From: Ophelia neglecta
Lineage: Eukaryota
Reading direction: 5' to 3'
Length of the DNA: 64,000 bases
Assembly: GCA_965285935.1 (NCBI GenBank)
Contig: OZ260662.1
Location: forward strand, 43,400,001 to 43,464,000
Positions 1-12,500 of this stretch are shown here, piece after piece (position 1 is the first letter of the stretch; every line of letters starts with the position of its first letter). Under the pieces are notes generated by a model. That model ran no database searches. It was not told the DNA's origin and worked only from the letters and a program-made list of their open reading frames with translations. A program made the position numbers and the translations under genes.

Positions 1-1508
1 TCAAAGATTACATTTATTCATTAGGTATATATTTGTTAGAGCGCCAGTCTCCGTGATCCAAAGACACCTATGGTCAAGCATGTTTCTATTATACATTCAG
101 ACGATGAGGGCTCGGCTTGCCACGTGACCTAAATCATCAAATAATGGAGGGCCTTCTCGACCCTTACATATACTGTTGAAGAGAATCATGAAACAGCTCA
201 TGGTGTTTCCACAATCATTACGGTGTAGTGAGGTGAACAATAAGGGGATCTCACGCAAATTGCATGACATGAAAAAATAATCAAATAAAATGAAGTATGA
301 TTTCTTCGGATATATTTACGTAGACTTAACTTACCCAAAACACAATAAGTGTGATATAAAAGAGTCTCATGACCATATCGTCTGATGGAATAAACACTAC
401 TATGTGGGCTCCGATGTCATTTCTAGGCTAATTCCACTGCCAAAGACTTCCACTCTCGTCCCATCTGATAGAAGAAAACATGCCAAAATTGAATGGTTAT
501 TAGCTATTGACAGGTAAGAATTATGACACAGAAAAGGAAAACTTTTAAATCTTATTTACGTACAAGGGTGTCAGTGGTTTCAACCAAGCACGGTCTAGGC
601 TAGACTTATCTGTGGTAATTTAGGAGGACAAAAGTGATTTAATCAAAGGTGGCTGGAGATTTATTTATAAGTAACATTCATGGTTGCAAATAATCAAAGA
701 TTCATTGTTCGTTTCCTTCGAGACGTCTGTATTCAAAGGCCACACAGGTCCTCTTGGCTTTTATACCTTTCAAGCCTGCATTAGCCATCCGTGCATCAAA
801 GAGCCTGAAATAATGACATTACGTTGCCTGTGAATGCTTTCTGCCATAAACCATCGCCGTCTTAAGAACCAAGGAGGCAATCCACTAAGCCCTAAACATC
901 TCTCGGAGATTGTCTATCTCCAAAATGTCCCCCTATGGTTCTCCATTGTCTACAATAGATCTGCCTTCTTGGCCTGGTCCAATAGTACAGAAATCAACAA
1001 CACTCGGCATGATTCTTTTACTTAAAATGAGTGCGGCCCTGCCTGTCGGGACCAAGGACGGAACCCAGAAGCGTAATGGCTTTCAAACTCCAACGGCGTA
1101 TCCAAGAACTAAACCGGAACTGCCACAGACGTTCAGTTATTTGTCCTCGCGGTACAATGCGCACAATTATCTTAAATCTTTGTTTAATCATCCTCTGGAG
1201 TTGAAATTGGACAGAAGCAAGCTCACAAACACTGTAAAAGTTCCAGAAATCTTTTTACCTGGACAAAATTATTAGAAATAAACAACGCCAATATGCTTTC
1301 TTGGTGATATTAAATCTTCAACAGAACTCTTCAAGACACGTGTCTGCTCTGGCGCTTGAATAGCGCTATTAAAGGGAGCTGAATTCAGCCGGTCTGAGCC
1401 AGGTCCATCTGCCCATTGCATGTAGCTGTGTTTGGTTCTTATTATTTGTATTTGCAAGTTTATTTACTGTTTTTGGGTGCTGGCGTTTCTTGTTGATCTA
1501 TGGCTTCC

Positions 1509-1731
1509 GGTTCCTGAGGACTTCATACCGATTTTATGATTTTTTTGGTTTTGTCAGTTGACCTGGTGCCAGCATGTGTAGGCCTTTACAGCAATAATCT
1601 TTTGCGGCAGAGAACTGAGTAGGACTAAATGACCTATCATCATATTTTCTGTAACGTGTCCTTTTTAATGGTAAGCGTTCCTTAAATCGCTCGGACGATG
1701 TTTTCATGAAAAAATGTAGCCTCAAGGAACC
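1509..1731. mobile_element. Possible short MITE or terminus of a dispersed repeat family
   Basis: GGTTCCTGAGG ... CCTCAAGGAACC forms a near-TIR with a 1-nt indel. The left end recurs at 21769 (GGTTCCTGAGGATTCATGGCCGATTTT). Confidence 0.4.
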
Positions 1732-2559
1732 TATTTTATTATTTCAAGTTTATAAGTATCTTAAGGATCAAGAAAAATGAGCAAATATGGTTTTTGTATT
1801 GTATTGTAATACATGATTGTTTCGTGATCCTTTAAAGAAAATGCTCTTTTCTCTCTTACAACAAAGTCATTCTTTTAAAAAATATTTTCATTTGGTGTTG
1901 TGTCTACCTCCCTCAAAAGACTGAAATTTGAAATGTTTATTGTATAAAAAAAAGAATCTTTCATTGTTGCTGTTCAGATTTGTTTTTTAAAGCTGGCTAG
2001 TGTTTAAGATTATACTAGGCCTAGCCTCTTTGATTATACATGTATTAAATGTAGGTGGTCAGAATTTAAGTAAGGCTGAATCTATTTTCATCTGTGTTAG
2101 TGCATGCAACATTTCAGGAGTAAATTTTAAGTTACATACTCACGATTTTCGAGAATCAAAGTATGGGCCTTCTTCATATAAAACAACGAAACAGATTGGA
2201 GCGGATTCAGCGTGAGGTCACATAAATATATTATTTGTCGCTGGTAGAAATGTTGATGGAGGCACTATTAGAATGCCGATAGCCTTTTCAAATTTGTCAC
2301 CTTGCTTGGCTACGACACTCTGGTTGATCCCATGGGAATCCCCAGAATAGGCCACCAGAATCAATGGATCATTCTCTATCCCCACCTGTTATTGCTTTCG
2401 CTCATTGTAGCCTATGGCATTTTAAAAATGTACATACGAACTACCGCATTTGCTAGATAATATGTTGTTGGAGACGCCTAGACTTGGATGAAGGTCACGA
2501 CATTAATTTACGCGGTATTGTCTTTATAGACTGGGGAAAATCACTATTTATTACAGACA

Positions 2560-3000
2560 GGCTTTAATTGAGGGAACTCTTGATGCGGGAAACCCATAAT
2601 ACAGTTGGCTTTGTAAATACATGCTCTGATTGTGAGATTGTAGGAGGAGCATTATTCAAGAATTTTACACGGTAGATTCAACCTAATCTTGCAGTTTGGA
2701 ACAGGCACTTCAGCAAAAGGAAGATGGACCGGCCTTAAAATGAGATAATCAAGATTTTGAGCGAGTTTCCATGTCAGTTAGTTACATATGATGGCTCGTT
2801 TTTGAGGTGCATAGCTTTGATGTCTCTTTCTGATGGCAATAGTAAATTCATGTGGGGGCAGTATATGACAGCTTTATTGGCCATATTTAATGGGTGAAGC
2901 AACCTATCCTTACGGGTAACCACCTGCTCAGTGTTCAGGGAAATTAGCCCCTGATTGAGATCAATGTAGCACACTTTCTGACCCAGAGTATGGCTGTAAG
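2560..3000 (-). mobile_element. Possible very old LINE endonuclease C-terminal fragment
   Basis: QVVTRKDRLL...N....Y....LLPSERD (ORF 2774..3028) loosely matches QxVxxPTRxxxxLD...N....Y...PP...SDH. Confidence 0.3.
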
Positions 3001-3067
3001 CCATATCAGTATTTAAACAGGAAGACATGTCTGACCCGGAGTTTATCTGTATACGCGACGCGTCGCG

Positions 3068-3101
3068 AGGGAGAGTGAGAAAGGGAGAGGGAGAGAGAGA
3101 A

Positions 3102-3139
<38 letters not shown>

Positions 3140-3162
3140 GGAGAGAGAGAGAGGGGGGGAGG
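3068..3162. repeat. (GA)n purine microsatellite
   Basis: A nearly pure purine tract with a long uninterrupted (GA)n core at ~3105-3136. Confidence 0.97.
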
Positions 3163-6100
3163 TAATGTGTGTGTTTCTAAAGAAAGTAGTTATGCCACAT
3201 GTTTGCTAACAAGTTGCTAATAACCATATTAGGAAACCCCTGGAAAAGCGTTTTTCATACAAGAAAAATAGTTAATTGGGTAGATCCGCCATATACTCAA
3301 GTCACGTTTTAAATGGTTATACAGTGATATAGAAGCGAAAATCCCCTACAGCGTGGGGTATGGGTCCCGCTCTGGGGAACCAGAATACATTGTTTTAGTT
3401 CCAGGGTTAAAAGGCTTACATTACTGATCAAACGAAAAACGTAACGTGTTATCCAAAGACTACAAAATAACTACGTATATATATATGGTCCACTTCACCG
3501 TGGTCAGTATTTGTTATACCTCGGCTGGGATGTAGTAGCTTGTGCCATGTCTGGAGCTCTTACATAAATCAACCTAAATAACCCCGGTCTTAAACCACTC
3601 TCAGCCAGATACAAACGAATGATTTATAGGCCCATCTAAAGCCTTTGTTCGGCCGCTTGTGGAGTCTTCGCCGGCGCCAGATATCGTGCAATCATATTTG
3701 TTAATAGGTATTTTGCGTGTAAATGGTTTATTTTCGTTCCGAATGCTTTCCGTAGGTGACAAACGGCGAGTGACCTGTTAAGATCTGGGGGCACATTTTA
3801 AAACCACCAAGGAGTAGCATAACTTGAGTATGGCTATATTTCTTTGACACCAGAAGTAAGAAATCAATGGTTTACAAGAGTCTGCCTCTAGGAAACTTCT
3901 ACTGTTTGAAAAAGTCACATATATATAGAGGCTTTATATCATAATAGAAACATCTATTCCCAGAGATAAGTTTCATCGAAAAATGCTTAGATTAAAATAG
4001 GCTTGTTTGGCCGAATTCTTTTTATTAAGCCTAAGAAATGAATAATAGACTAATCCTCATAATTATATAGCAGATGAAGTTGCCAATGCTTCGAATATAA
4101 GATAAGTTAGAGACTATATTTCGTCAAGATGGCATTCCTGCAGCTGAGACATATTAACACAACTTTTGACCTTAAAATGCCTCCTGTGAAAGCTTACCTA
4201 TTGTGTCATCATTTCTATAGATCTGATGACGACAAAATAGAGAAACACAGGTGGCTTTCACGGGTGGCCTTTTCATCCTGAAAATTGCTTTAGGAGGCCT
4301 GAAAGCCTGTCTCAGTATTTGTTTCTCGAGACAGCTTGGGAGAAGAATAGTATCCGACAACAAACTGATAGTGTATATTCGGTGCAGGAGGTATGGAAGC
4401 ATAATGGATGAAAGCTTGTATACATTTCAAAATTGTAGCTGAAAGATAATATATATATATATTAACAAATAATAAATTAATTTGTCTTTCCTTTCTTAGA
4501 GAGACTATTTTTATACCACTGTCTGCCACGATTTGCCTCAGGTATTATTAATGGACCCGCGAAACAAGCCTCTGAACCAATTTGCCATTCATAGATCTAC
4601 ATAATACTCCTGATTATATATCAAGATGAATGGCCTCATATATTCTCCATTTATCGTTTACGAGCAAGGGGCGGGATGGGGAAAGATTTCATCGTTACGA
4701 TCGAAGTGCCCTCATGCTTTCAGTAAGAGAACAAAGGGGCACTATTTTTCCTCGTACAAACACATATCCTGCCAATGTAGTAGTTCGGAAAACAAAACTG
4801 TAATCAGTAACGTGAACAATTCAAAATAATAAAATCATTCCGATGAAAATTAATTATTCTATTTACCCCCCCCCCCCCCAAGCACATCCCACCACCAGCA
4901 CCACCAAATCTCACAGAACATACAATGGTCGTTAGTACAAGGTATGTACTAATATTATATAATCTAAGAATATATCTCAGACACATGCATGTAGGCTTAT
5001 GGTATATGGTTATACCACATAGCCACTAGGACTTTAGTATAATTCAAATTATAATAATTCTTACCACAGAAAGCCAAACATACAGTCATCTCATTGTGAG
5101 AATAATTGTACCCAACAGTAAGAAATAACACGCTAGTGGACGATCTTATAGTGAGGATAGTCCCGTAAATCAAAACTGAACTTATCCTAATGATCAAGAA
5201 CTAAATCTAATAATAAACAAATATATTATATCATTCGCAGTGAAAACACTTCATGAATGGATGGTGGATTCTAAGGGTGAATACAAATAAGTCAATTGTG
5301 GAAGGTATCTTTAAATTTTCTGGAGGGTAAGATATGAGTTTCTCCTCTAACCGTAAATACGAAAAAGGACTCATGAAATAAACAGCTCATATTTCCTCTG
5401 GGATCGGAGACATTTTGTACCACGATAAGATGTTAACAGGTTCATGGAACTGAAACACCCATCACTAAACAGGTGAGAAGACATATTGCGAATTATAAAA
5501 GAAAATGTCCATTTTTGATATAATCATAACTTATCATCCTAGCAGCTCCATTATAATTATTGTTCAGTCTATTGAATCTTTAGGTTTCACCACATATTTA
5601 TATATTTCGAATCCATGCTGTTAATCATGTATGTAACAAAAGGCACGGCATTGTGTTAAGTCAGCAATGCCTCTTGTGACAAATACTGCTTTATGCAGTT
5701 TATATATCTCAAGAGAGAGAAAGCAGATTTACACACCCACTGAATTGATATGTATACCCCGAGCACCGTCTGTCTCCAAGATAAAATCAATATATATGCT
5801 TTGCTGGTACAGAAGCACCGATAGATTTGGACAATTTATTTTAGCAATAACAGTATGGTATTGAGGCTTTTTGACCTGATGAACCCATGAAGAATTTATG
5901 TAAAATGCGTAGGCAAATATGGCTGCAGCTAGAGAATGGAGATTCCCTTATCGGTCACAGATGGAGGAAGCAGAAATAAAATGCCCATTGACAATAAATA
6001 TTTGTTACAAGACCTTTGGTATACTGGAAATAAGCAGACATAATTGAAGGTTTGGCGAAAGATATCAACCTCCCCGTGATATAAAAGCTCTGCAACTGAC

Positions 6101-7829
6101 TACAGGAGGTGAGTGTAGGATAACATTCACTAGGGAACTGCAAATGATAAATAGTGATAGAAAATGTTACATGTTAAGAATTGCAATGTGAAAGGGGCCC
6201 CAGTGGATAAACAGATGAAAAATGTAACAATAAAGGATTTCACCGTGGAAATAAATAATAAAACCTCGGTAGACTATCTAGGCAATCATGGAAGATGATT
6301 CGCAAATAAAAAAAAGTTAAAATCCCGAACACAGACACCTGGAATGGCACAAGATTCTGTCAACTCCTTCAAGTTAAAGTGCCTACAAAACCATAAGACA
6401 TTAAAATAGGATGGTTTAGCTTGAGGATGTTATGAGATTACGATAAAACTCTTTTTCCACATTGCAGCTTGATGGGACATTCAAGCTAAATATTTGAAAC
6501 ACAAAAGTACTACAGCAAAGTCCGTAAAAAAAAAAGATTCTGTGCACAGTGCTGAATAGAAGGCCGTAACAGTAGAGAATGCCCAGAAAAGAAGAGAAAA
6601 TAAACTTTTCAGCAGCAGAACCAATGAATAACAGTGCATATGATGACACTAGAGAAGACGGGGTTGGCACAAACGGCTTTTCAGAGTCTCGCACTTTGCA
6701 CTAATGAAAAGAACAAAGAATGGTGACAGTGTGATACAGGAAGAAACGATGGAAGAAGAACAAAGACAAGAGACGACACAAGAAGAAAAAAGGAAGATTC
6801 CAAAATTAAATTATTAGTATTTGAAGACCCGAATATTGCCTCAATGGAATTTGGAGAAAACAAGCAGACTGGCTTAATTTAATTTATATTTATATTGCTG
6901 GTCAACTAAACATTGCTTTCACAATTCTTGATTTGAAACGATGCCATTTCAATAGATCTACTGCAGTTACCATGGCAACCAGTACCTTTGTTGCTGTGAA
7001 AATGGGCGCCAAGCCTTTTATAACTCATTCCCTTATGAGCAAACATTTACAGTCCATCAGGATTTGATAGTGTCTTTTAAGTTTGTCTTTGCTCCGATAT
7101 TTCCCATTACCATAGTGACGCTACTACAATCATGGCATAAAATTTCATATTTGAAATATCCTGGTCAATATTTCATAGTGGTATATATAAATATTGTGCA
7201 TAAAAGCACATTGCTAACTGTTTTAAATTGGCTATGTATCCCTCACCAATACTGACTAATGCTCAACTAACACAATACTATCAGTTACCAGGTGTAAAAT
7301 AGTCCCCTATCTGAAAAGTGCACACGGACTACATTTACTTACACACCCCAGTCCAGGAGTCCACTGATATTGAAACACTAGTCATTCAATTTTGTCGATA
7401 TAGAAATCCTAGTATATAGCCTCCCAGTTGCAAAACATTGGTTAATTATGTCCCGGGTCTGGTTTGCCGGGTCACTTGGAGTTTGAGAAGGGAGGACCTT
7501 TCCGCCAGGTGAAATAATAATCTTATACACAGAGATCAACAAATAGGACTGAGATGAAATATGCCTTTGGAGAGATTATGATGGTCTAACCTCTCAGACA
7601 ATGTTGAGAGCAAAGACGAAATTATCTCAAGAAACCGCCGCCTTGCATTCGGCGCTGCGCCTGGTTTGTAGCTGCCTGAACCTTGCGGACTGACGTGCCG
7701 GAAGCGGCGTGTGACCAAGGCCATAGGTGCGGTTTTGAATTCTTTCCCCGCATAATGCCGAGAGCGAAGAGCCGAACACAGTGACTCATATCAACTCAAG
7801 AAATCAACTCAAGACAAAAGAACAAGGTT

Positions 7830-9500
7830 AAAGTTCCTTGCACACTAAAGGAAAAGGGTATCAAATCTCATCTATATTGCAGCAAGCTGTTGTCTATATG
7901 AAGCGAATCAATCACGGTTTTATTGTGATTAAACACGTGTACCTGCAACATGAGATATTATACCAGTGTGAATCAGATGCACATGGCACTAGGATAGATC
8001 ACTCGAAGCCATTGCAGTCTTTTAATGCGTAGGTGTTAAGACAATGGCAAATTGAGCCTACCCATATGGGAGAGTCGTCGACCCAATTATGACTCTCAAG
8101 CCTCTCAAGCCTGAGGATATCCTAACTGGATTCTCAAGGCCTCGAGGGGTTATACTAGGATACATTGATAATATTTGTCCGTAAATTTGAAAAAGACACT
8201 TGTAATCCTGAGAGTTCATAACCCCCAGGTCAGTAATTTTAACACCAGGGCTACTCTACATGTCTTTTCTTAAAGTCAGGCAGAAAAGCACAAGCCCTTA
8301 CAGAGTCTACAAGGCTCGAGGTAAGCACCCCATATGATGGGGATTTGTCAAGAGAGACAAATTCACTATACGTGTCTTGAGTGGTAAAACTGGGTTCACT
8401 GATTCCTTTAACAATGCAGTCAGTGGTTCTCTAGAAGTCACATGATTTGGAAGCAAATTTTGTTTGTAAGCCTAACGACTTTCCTGATTTCTAGCTCAGA
8501 ACAACTAAGACATCATTCGTATTTTTCCCTTCTGGTTTGAAAGGTATCTGGAAAGACCTACGTTTTGAGTTAAGATCTGTTTGGATTTTCTTTATCTTGT
8601 GGAAAACGAAGTTGGACAATATATTTGCAATCTGTCCACCACTATCATTGAACAAAGCTCTTGGATAATTTGGTTCATTTTAACTCTCTGTGTATAAGTT
8701 TGTTTAAGCTTCTTCCACGATGGTGGACACATTGTTAGCCTGGGCCTTGTAAATGTACCAGGGCACTGACAGCTTTGTTTTCGCCAATGTGCTCATATTG
8801 TCTCCGGTTGCACTTTGTCGCATGCATTGCATCATTATAGCCTGATGACTTAGACCTTATAGCTGTTTGTTCTTGGCAGATGCATTTATATCCAAACTGG
8901 ACTAAAGTGCATAATCATATTATTCACATATCTGGTTAAATCAACAAACGAACATGGCATAGTGACAACCTTATGTCAACCTAACGTCATAATATTCTCA
9001 TATCTGGCCAAATCATCAGCTGAACATTGCATTGTGGCAACCTTATGTCTGCTTTGAATTTCTTAATTCTAATCGGCACCATTACTTTACTTGCATAGGC
9101 GAGGTGTATGGCTAACTAGGCAGACATTGGCTAAGCCTCTTGTAAATTGCTTATGACATTGGCATGTGAATAAAAACATAACAAATCCAATATGTAATCA
9201 ATGATATGAGTTCATTGTTGAGTCGGATGAAATTACATGAGTCTAGCAGCAGAGACGGACAACACACCCCGAAGCACTTTATTTTGTTGTAAGAAAAGCC
9301 GCGAAAGTGCTTTCAATATAGGCCCAAACCCAACTGAACGGGATGTCTTCATTTATCTCTTCTTATGCTGTCTCCTCCTGGCTGGCAAATAACACTATTC
9401 AACACAGTTTTGTTGCCTCTTTCCCTCCAGCCTTTTTCTAAAGGACGAATGGCTTTTCCTGTGATGTTAAGCGATATCAAATAAAAGCTTTGGTTCGGTA
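7830..9500 (-). mobile_element. Old L2/CR1-group LINE ORF2 fragment (endonuclease end to early RT)
   Basis: Manual minus-strand translation with frameshifts gives, in the expected order, THIIDYILDLL (~9200), RRQYEH.WRKTKLSV (~8790), IANILSNFVFHKIKKIQTDL (~8600) and SKSCD..LLKESVNPVLPLKTRIVNLSL (~8350-8450). Confidence 0.65.
8921..9049. repeat. Diverged 72-bp tandem duplication
   Basis: TATTC(A/T)CATATCTGG..AAATCA....GAACAT.GCAT.GTG.CAACCTTATGTC occurs at 8921 and 8993. Confidence 0.8.
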
Positions 9501-12500
9501 GCAATGTTATGGCTTGTCACCTGCATGGTTCAAGTTGCCTTCCCTTACTTTCCAAAAAGGAGCCAAGATTGGCCAAATTATTATGTTTCTGTTGATACCG
9601 ACCAAAATGATAAAAATGATCACTATTGTTGACCAATTTGTGTGCTGTGAATAATATTTTAAATAGTATTTCTCGCAATTTGGGTGGGTCTATGACACAT
9701 TAGTTTCCCAGCTCTCCCCCATTTTTTTATCCTCAACCCATTTCTTGCCACAATTACAACTATACTGCTATTTAGTTAATTACTCCAATTAAAGACTGTT
9801 GGGCTGTTGGCTTCACAATAATAATCATTTTGATGTACATAAACGAGGAAATAATGGTAATAATAATGATACCGAAAATGTTTATAATTGATATAGTGAC
9901 GTTAAGGCTTATCAGAGTATTATTCCATATATAAATGAATCAATATTTAGATCTAATATGTAAGAAATTTTATTTAATAAGTAGAGGAACTTTGCATTGG
10001 AGATGTGAATCCCACATTTCGGCTCTTCTGTGGTGATAGCAAAACAAGGGCAGGTGTATTAACGTTAATGGGTACAATGTAGCCAATGATGTAAGTTTAA
10101 CGATTTGTTGTTCAGATGAACGTCCGACAATTTCATATTCGTGCTGTTCGCCCATCCGCAGTGCAGTTGTTAAACGTTTATCAGAATTCACATTCCAGAA
10201 ACACGAACTATAAATACCTCGCCATATTATGGAAGCCTGCTGGTTAACGGTTCAAACATAAGTTGCACGACCAATTATTATACATCATTGAATCTTTTCT
10301 TTTCAACTAAACTAGCAAGGATGTTTGAAGCTTTAGCGCTTTGAATGTAAATCAAAGGGAGTTTCTACGAGCATTGATGAATATCGAATATTTATCCACT
10401 TGTGTTCTGTGTATAAACACGATTCGACATTTGTTTCCCTTGTGTTAGCAATATTCACCTATAGACAGAGAATATTGAATTTACTACAACGGATAAAAAT
10501 CTCATCATCACACCTTTCATTATAATCAATCAGCGGACGCTTTCAGGCGGTTACTGATTTCTATCGACCAATGGAGTTTGCAAATTGTTAATGATAAAAA
10601 AGGCATCACCCTTCCGAAGTAATGAACAATTCTTTCGATAGTTTGGATTCAATTATTACGGAAATGTAATTTCCAGGAACTAGCTTGCTTCCTCGTGTAG
10701 CCCTTTTCGTTTTCTACACGATATTCTATTTTTCATATCTGCAGGCATGGGAACAAAATCATCACTGTCACCTACCCAACAATAAATCACAGAAATGTAC
10801 ATGTTTGGTTTTTATAATTACAATTTACTTTGAATATTTAACGATTTGTCCCTTTTATATTTAGATACATGCTTGAACATTCATATTGTTTTTTTCACCT
10901 CATCTTCTTCTAAGCTAAGCTGCACTGGTTGATGAGCTTTAAATGTACCTTTCTTTTGGAGGTGTCAACAATAAACAGATTATAGTTAAAGACGAAAGAA
11001 AGGTTCTAAAGGAATGTTAACCAACCTGAAAACTGCCCAGTAGGAAGAGTGTCAATCCAGAACGCTAGTCGTTTGAAACAACAGGTGATTTGTTAAGGGA
11101 TTACCACTAAACCGTGCTTCTTTTCAGAAGAATCTGACAGGAATGCCAATTCGAGCATAGATCAAACTTAGAGCCAATATTGACAGACGAAATGTATCCC
11201 TTCCTTGTGAGTTGGTGAGAAATATAGTCCCGGAGACTTCTCCTAAGCGCACAGCGAGCTCACAGAGCTCGAATTTCTCGCTACCTGCTTCGCACGGGCG
11301 TGGTACGCCGAACATTTGTCCTCGCATCTATGAGCCTATGAATTTCCGTGTCCTTTCGTTACTCGGAAGTAGCAGCAAGGAACGCGCCAAGGTTAAACGC
11401 CCCTAGATTGTGTACCTGCAACGAGTGATTTGCGGGACAATGAACCGTGTCAACGTTTGGGGGATTTCTTAATCTTTACGATGCCGGATCCACTGATGAG
11501 AATTTATTCAATTTGTCTACTCTTGTCTTTGGGTAATAGGCCGTAGGGTTGCAAAAATGTCGAAAAAAGACAAGTGTATTCATAATATTTCTGTAGGTTA
11601 AACCATTTTAAGTCACCATAATAAACCTAGTTATTACAGAGGCTGCATTTAGATAAAGTAATATTAAGTAGGTCGAAAAAGGAAGTCCCAGAGTCATAAA
11701 TTGTTTCTTATCTCCATTTGCCACATTAAGCCAGGAAAATCAGTATTCATAATGATTTTAAAAATTGCCTAAAAATGCCGAATTTAACGTCAGTGTTAAA
11801 TGAACATTGAGTCAAGTAACAGTTCTCATTCTCATGAGGCTTAGTTTCAAAATGCGATAGCCAATTTATGAATATGATTGGATCAAATCTAAGTACAATT
11901 AAGACATGTTGGGTGTGCGGATATAAAAAATTTCAATGATAAATTGTCCAACATTCCCCGCACATGGTTTAACAAAAACTCTTTTTACATCAAGCCACCC
12001 AGAACTTAATAGAAGACAGTATTTATACCCTCAAGCCAATATGCTGACAGTAGGACCAAGTGCTGAGGGAATTTAACACGGGCCTTTGCTTCAACCAGTC
12101 ATTTCTTCTCATGGCCCATCATAAAATTAGGCCTATTTCAGGGAAAAACTTGTATTGGAGAGTAGTTTTAGAGTTTTGCATTTTGTTCAAACAATGGTAT
12201 TTTCAACAGTCCCCCTTTCATCGCTGTTTAGTCACGTCAGTGGTCCGAAGGTAAGGTTTTGATAAAATCTACTGTATGTCAGATAGATTAGAGCACATTT
12301 TGTAAAAAGCTCTATTCTCGATCTGGTCCACCTAGGCCTCCGTATCCCCCGTCTCAACCCTAAATGCATATTGATTTCTTTTCTCCCCGAACTATGTTAT
12401 AATAATGCTCCATGTTTCATTTGGATATTTGTTAATAAATTTTGTGTAAGATTTTGATAGTTTCTACATGCCACCGGACATTTCACATGTGGAATAGTAC

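Noticed and set aside
834-1275. 63- and 121-aa ORFs in a mildly GC-richer patch
   Set aside because: I found no recognisable motif in the frames I translated; it may be an old TE remnant but I cannot support a call.
2150-2300. CR1-like C-terminal remnant (RLERIQREVT) on the plus strand
   Set aside because: A single short motif is too little to annotate.
3027-3209. ER-repeat peptide ORF
   Set aside because: It is simply the translation of the (GA)n microsatellite.
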